Assembly (NCBI GenBank): GCA_001816385.1 | Contig: MHBW01000031.1 | Span: forward strand, 1-58,239 | DNA: 58,239 nt | Source of the DNA: Candidatus Blackburnbacteria bacterium RIFCSPHIGHO2_01_FULL_43_15b | GTDB taxonomy: Bacteria > Patescibacteriota > Microgenomatia > UBA8517 > UBA10165 | Direction: 5' to 3' | In this document: piece by piece, positions 54,450-58,239 of the stretch | Position numbering within the stretch: the stretch's first letter is position 1 | Layout: each line of letters starts with the position of its first letter | Notes under the pieces: model-generated | The model's input: only the letters and a program-made list of their open reading frames with translations | Told to the model about the DNA's origin: nothing | The model's database searches: none | Position numbers and translations under genes: made by a program

Positions 54450-56204
54450 ATGCCCGTTCTCACTGCCAAGATTCTTCTAAACTCTACTCGGCGTGCATGG
54501 ACGCAAATTTACGAACAAAATAGTTTTGTGGCTTTAATCTCTTTAGAAGCAGGTGAAGAACAAGAGGCTGCGTCTGCTACGGAAAAAGGTCACGAAGCCC
54601 TTTCTTTACTGCAAGCAGAATGCGCATCCTCAGAAAACCTGGCCCAGCATTTACCCTCTATTGTTGAAAGACTGTATTCAACTTTCAGCGCAAACAATCC
54701 GGAAGTGGCTGCCTGTGTGGTTTTGGGAGACTACATATATTTTGCCAAAAAAGGATTGTCTGAAATTTGGGCTATCAGAGACCAGAAGCCATACCGATTA
54801 AGTTCTGATAATTTTTCAGGAAGATTGGATTTCGGGGATTTATTCTTGCTGGGTACGGCTGAATTTTTCAAGAGAGCCAGCGAGGGGAGCCTGGAAGAAA
54901 TACTTAAAGACAAAAGTACGGTTGATGAGGTTGGAGATGCGATAAGTCCTCTGATCCACAGAAGTGACGACCCCAAAGCCGGAGGTGTAATTATCAAGGC
55001 AAAAATTGTACCGGCTCCAGTTAAGGAGGTGCAGCCAGAATTTACAAGACCAAACGTTTTTAAAAGACTTCTGGTTAAACTAGCTTACAAATTGCCGGAG
55101 CGCGAATTCACACCCAATATGCCCGGAGCTTCAAGAAGAACTGCATTTTTTATCGGGGTAATGCTTTTGGTTTTACTAAGCGTCAGTATCTTTTTTGGGA
55201 TAAAACAGAAAGGAGTACTTGATTACAAAGCATCCTATCAGGATCGCTTAAGTCGCGCTCAAGTTCTTTATAACGATGCAGTGTCGCTGAAAGGTTCAAA
55301 CATTCTTGCGGCAAGAGATTCTTTTACCCAGGCTAAAGCAATTTTAACCTCACTAAAAGAAGAAGGGGTTACCGATCCGGAATTGGATCAGCTAAAGACC
55401 AGTCTTGATTCTCAGGAGTCGGATATTTTGGGACAGTCCCATATTCCTGCCAGCCCTTTTTCCGACTTAGCCATATTCAAGTCAGATATAAACGCCTCTG
55501 ACCTTTCATTTAGTAATGGAACAATGGCAGTATTGGATACAAAAGGCGAGCGTGTTGTGTTTGTAGGCAGTAAAAGCAAAGAAACAGCGGTTTCGGGTAA
55601 AGCTGCCGGACCTTTATCTGTTTCAACGGCTGACGGGAAAACATATGTTTTAGGCACAGATGGAATTTCAGAGGTCGATAAGTTGGGGGGCAAGGTTATT
55701 ATTCCCACAGACAGCCAGTGGACTTCTCCGGTTAAACTTGCTGCGTTTGGTTCAAATTTATATTTGCTAGAAAAAGGCGGCGTAATTTGGAAGTATCCCG
55801 GAATTACTTCAGGGTTTGGCAGCAAACAGGAATGGCTAAAAAGTGGATCTTCAGATTTAGTAGGAAATGCCAGGGCTTGGGCCATTGATGGTTCAGTCTA
55901 TGTTTTGGGCAATGGTGGAACGATTGCTAAGTACGTTAGGGAAGTAAAAGACAGTTTCCGAGTTTCTGAACTGTCCCGCGCTTTTGGAGACGCTACATCT
56001 ATTTACACCGATCCTTCTTTGGATTCTTTATATGTGTTGGATAAAGGGATTGGACGTGTTGTAGAGCTTGATAAAACCGGCAGTTACAAATTTGAATATG
56101 TAGTTGACGAGGCCAGGCAAGCCGGTGGAATGGTAGTTTCCCAGGCGGATAGAAAGATTTTTCTTCTTGTTAACAACAAAATTTTCTCAATTCCTTTAAA
56201 ATAA
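54450..56204 (+). CDS. membrane protein, function unknown (cytoplasmic N-domain, one TM helix, beta-rich ectodomain)
   Basis: 584 aa with a TM helix at FFIGVMLLVLLSVSIFFGI. The C-terminal half has repeated beta-strand blocks that look propeller-like. Confidence 0.55.
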   Translation: MPVLTAKILLNSTRRAWTQIYEQNSFVALISLEAGEEQEAASATEKGHEALSLLQAECASSENLAQHLPSIVERLYSTFSANNPEVAACVVLGDYIYFAKKGLSEIWAIRDQKPYRLSSDNFSGRLDFGDLFLLGTAEFFKRASEGSLEEILKDKSTVDEVGDAISPLIHRSDDPKAGGVIIKAKIVPAPVKEVQPEFTRPNVFKRLLVKLAYKLPEREFTPNMPGASRRTAFFIGVMLLVLLSVSIFFGIKQKGVLDYKASYQDRLSRAQVLYNDAVSLKGSNILAARDSFTQAKAILTSLKEEGVTDPELDQLKTSLDSQESDILGQSHIPASPFSDLAIFKSDINASDLSFSNGTMAVLDTKGERVVFVGSKSKETAVSGKAAGPLSVSTADGKTYVLGTDGISEVDKLGGKVIIPTDSQWTSPVKLAAFGSNLYLLEKGGVIWKYPGITSGFGSKQEWLKSGSSDLVGNARAWAIDGSVYVLGNGGTIAKYVREVKDSFRVSELSRAFGDATSIYTDPSLDSLYVLDKGIGRVVELDKTGSYKFEYVVDEARQAGGMVVSQADRKIFLLVNNKIFSIPLK

Positions 56205-56439
56205 AAAAGGGTTTTACCAGTTGTTGGCTGGCTGGGTGCCCTTAGACCCATGGGTGAGTTTACCGAACGCCGAGTGTTTTGTACTCAAGGCCTTGACGAG
56301 ATTTTTTGTGCCGGGCCCCTCCTCGACGTGAGCCAGGTAACTATCTGGTGTTTCGACAAGATAAACACTCTCGCCGCGACTGGCCTTTAGCTCTGAAAAG
56401 CCAAACCGACGAACGTTGAATGCTCGGGCGGGCAAAAAG

Positions 56440-56494
56440 GGAGGGGGTTGGGGGGAAGGAATTTTTGTCCGCCCTCGCTTTCCGCCGCCGAATT
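56440..56494. repeat. left arm of a perfect 55-bp inverted repeat
   Basis: ggagggggttggggggaaggaatttttgtccgccctcgctttccgccgccgaatt is the exact reverse complement of 58109-58163 (aligned base by base). Imperfect similarity extends outward to about 56422. Confidence 0.9.
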
Positions 56495-56514
56495 CAGTTA
56501 GTATATAATCACAA

Positions 56515-57768
56515 CTATACCAAACCAATCTCCGCTGGCAATGTGTTGAGCATAAATTCTTCTGGTTTCTCTACAAATATAATCCTTTTGCTTAAAGAGT
56601 TAGCAAATCCTATTTCTATAAGTGCAGAAGCGCCGACATATCCTTCAGGATCACAAACAATCAAAGCATCTGATTTTAATATAGAATCCAAATGATGCCG
56701 TTCCAATTCAAGTGGGGTTAGTCCTTCTTCGCCGGTAAAAACAACAAATTTTTCACCAGGATTTTTTGGTTCAGTGAACCTCGGACTGAGAACTTTAGAG
56801 CCTTCCGATTCAATTTTTTCTTTAATCTTTAGTATGTAATCAAGATGTTTTCTGAAACTTCCGCTGATAGTAACATACCTAAATTCTTGTCTTGCAACGC
56901 CATTGATAAGGTTAGAGTTAGATGGGATAACAGATTGGATAAGATATTTTTGAAAAACAGCTTGAGCGATTGCTGAACAACCTCTTGCACCATGCATCCA
57001 TTTTGGATTTTCCGACATCAATGACTCAAGTTCGCTCAATGTCAATTTTTCAAAAATATCATTATTGCGCTTTGAGAAATTATCCACTGATATAACCGAG
57101 GGGTGGTCATCGTCAGAAAATAATTTATTGGTTTCTAAAACATAGCCAGTTATTTGCATGTAATTCAATTCGCCGCCAGTATAAAAAGCATATCTGACCT
57201 TATTATCCAAACTTGGAAGTCGATTGCTTACATAGTCAATTATTTCATTCAGCGAGATTCCAGCTATTGGCTCGTTTATTTTTGAAAATTGAGTATTTAC
57301 CGTACCGACTCCAAGGTCTACATTTTTCATTTCTATTGCCTCGCGACCGTACATTACAACTAACTCCATAGAACCTCCACCGATATTAACTAGCAACACC
57401 GGCTCATTAAGCGGACATTTTCCAACCAAAGCCATTTCTAGGTAAAAGTTTTCTATGTCTTGATCTATGATATTAAAGTATAAGCCAGTTCGTCCGAAAA
57501 ATTCATCAATAAAAGTAACCTTCGTACTTTTGACAAGCTTTCTAAAAATACCAGTGGCGAAAATTTTGATTTTTGAATTTTTGTTTTTATCTTTTACAGA
57601 ATCAATAATCTCAAAAAGTTCTTTTTTTGCCACAGAAGAAATACCGCCCTCTGGATCAAAGCCATCCTTAAAAGGAATACTCTTCTGAAACAGAATTTCG
57701 ACATCTTGTTTGGTATTTTTGTATACTTTTATAGTTGACGACCCCACATCTACTAAAATCGTGTTCAT
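56515..57768 (-). CDS. Ppx/GppA-type (ASKHA) phosphatase domain fused to a C-terminal nucleoside 2-deoxyribosyltransferase-like (NDT/SLOG-type Rossmannoid) domain
   Basis: 417 aa. The ASKHA phosphate motifs are ILVDVGSSTIKVY and LLVNIGGGSMELVV. The C-terminal 115 aa, VTISGSF...SDALIVCDPEGYVGASALIEIGFANSLSKRIIFV, follows the NDT-like pattern. Confidence 0.55.
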   Translation of the reverse strand: MNTILVDVGSSTIKVYKNTKQDVEILFQKSIPFKDGFDPEGGISSVAKKELFEIIDSVKDKNKNSKIKIFATGIFRKLVKSTKVTFIDEFFGRTGLYFNIIDQDIENFYLEMALVGKCPLNEPVLLVNIGGGSMELVVMYGREAIEMKNVDLGVGTVNTQFSKINEPIAGISLNEIIDYVSNRLPSLDNKVRYAFYTGGELNYMQITGYVLETNKLFSDDDHPSVISVDNFSKRNNDIFEKLTLSELESLMSENPKWMHGARGCSAIAQAVFQKYLIQSVIPSNSNLINGVARQEFRYVTISGSFRKHLDYILKIKEKIESEGSKVLSPRFTEPKNPGEKFVVFTGEEGLTPLELERHHLDSILKSDALIVCDPEGYVGASALIEIGFANSLSKRIIFVEKPEEFMLNTLPAEIGLV

Positions 57769-57779
57769 AGTTTTGGAAA

Positions 57780-57986
57780 TTAATTTATTAAATTTTCTAT
57801 TGAAACTCGAAGTGCTTTAGCGATTTTTGCCATAGTTTGAACACTTGGCTTATTAACTGTGCCACTTTCAACCTTCATAAGCGTTGTGTATTTAATATCC
57901 GCTTTCTTCGCCAAATCGTCTTGCGTTAAGCCGAGTTTCGCCCGCAATTTCTTAATGTTTTCGCTGATTGTTTTTCCACTTGTCAT
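57780..57986 (-). CDS. XRE-family helix-turn-helix regulator
   Basis: 68 aa. IKKLRAKLGLTQDDLAKKADIKYTTLMKVESG is a Cro/CI-type HTH. Confidence 0.8.
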   Translation of the reverse strand: MTSGKTISENIKKLRAKLGLTQDDLAKKADIKYTTLMKVESGTVNKPSVQTMAKIAKALRVSIENLIN

Positions 57987-57997
57987 ATAAATAAAGT

Positions 57998-58050
57998 TTT
58001 GGTAGTATTTTAGTATATAAGGTTATTACCCTTATTGTTATACTACCAAA
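57998..58050. promoter_or_regulatory. putative operator: 11-bp inverted repeat upstream of the XRE gene
   Basis: tttggtagtat at 57998-58008 and atactaccaaa at 58040-58050 are perfect inverted repeats. They flank an AT-rich stretch containing TATATAA. Confidence 0.45.
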
Positions 58051-58108
58051 TAAAATGAAAATGATCAAACAAATTTCTTGGCGGCGTATTTCGCAAGGCG
58101 AAATACGA

Positions 58109-58163
58109 AATTCGGCGGCGGAAAGCGAGGGCGGACAAAAATTCCTTCCCCCCAACCCCCTCC
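58109..58163. repeat. right arm of the perfect 55-bp inverted repeat
   Basis: Exact reverse complement of 56440-56494. It is directly preceded by a 9-bp-stem hairpin, cgtatttcg-caagg-cgaaatacg, at 58085-58107. Confidence 0.9.
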
Positions 58164-58239
58164 TTCCGCCGCACCCGAGCGGAGCGGTCAGGAATTTTTC
58201 TCAAAATGGGTTCGCGCTATTTTCAGAATATCCCACAAT

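Noticed and set aside
56214-56528. The 104-aa minus-strand ORF between the 584-aa gene and the cassette.
   Set aside because: Its N-terminal third is a translation of the GC-rich inverted-repeat arm, and its start overlaps the end of the 417-aa gene. The remainder (VYLVETPDSYLAHVEEGPGTKNLV...) might be a gene fragment, but I cannot assign it. I treat it as flank rather than as a gene.
58055-58239. An open plus-strand frame from ATG 58055 running off the window (MKMIKQISWRRISQGEIRNSAAESEGGQKFLPPNPL...).
   Set aside because: Most of it is a read-through of the hairpin and the inverted-repeat arm. It is too short and truncated to judge. An ATG at 58206 (MGSRYFQNIP...) is an equally possible gene start.
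1-58239. Alternative genetic code (UGA recoding), as seen in some CPR lineages.
   Set aside because: Conserved genes such as valS, dnaA, dnaN and tsaD terminate at the expected length. Several end on TGA, and they contain no in-frame TGA. Standard code 11 fits.

Overview
This 58.2-kb window looks like a chromosomal segment from a small-genome bacterium of the Candidate Phyla Radiation (Patescibacteria) type. That placement is my inference from gene content: DUF4012-like and DUF5667-like proteins, a giant secreted repeat protein and very compact housekeeping operons. The genetic code is standard, with UGA used as a stop. I recognised no rRNA gene, tRNA gene, CRISPR array, transposase, integrase or relaxase.

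Housekeeping content:
- The replication-origin neighbourhood: rpmH-rnpA-yidD-yidC-jag on the minus strand, divergent from dnaA-dnaN. A DnaA box lies in the dnaA promoter, and a cluster of DnaA-box-like 9-mers lies in the AT-rich dnaA-dnaN spacer.
- tgt-tsaD, valS preceded by a T-box antiterminator/terminator, rplY, uppP, uppS and envelope genes.

Main accessory feature: a roughly 20-kb type IV secretion (T4SS)-like locus at about 30.9-51.3 kb, directly downstream of dnaN. It contains:
- an M23 peptidase;
- a VirB4-like ATPase whose N-terminal domain appears to be a separate ORF;
- a PrgI/VirB3-like protein and a VirB6/TrbL-like polytopic protein;
- a lytic-transglycosylase-like protein;
- eight paralogous small proteins that share a VirB2/TrbC-like two-helix pilin module, one of them fused to a roughly 280-aa ectodomain;
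- a divergent pair of highly charged proteins with no domain I can recognise;
- interspersed toxin/antitoxin-type modules (a frameshifted AbiEii-like gene and a Fic + XRE pair), with hicBA next to the locus.

Other notable structures:
- a 1.6-kb AT-rich two-gene cassette (XRE regulator plus a Ppx/GppA-NDT-like fusion) bracketed by perfect 55-bp inverted repeats;
- a dispersed family of GTCAT...ATGAC hairpin elements with compensatory stem changes, including one 60-bp copy in frame inside valS;
- a decayed locus with gene fragments ending in a 28-bp direct repeat;
- a 1,734-aa secreted protein with three large modules, Cys-rich repeats and a perfect 48-bp tandem repeat.

All domain calls come from motif recognition by eye. 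No database search was run.
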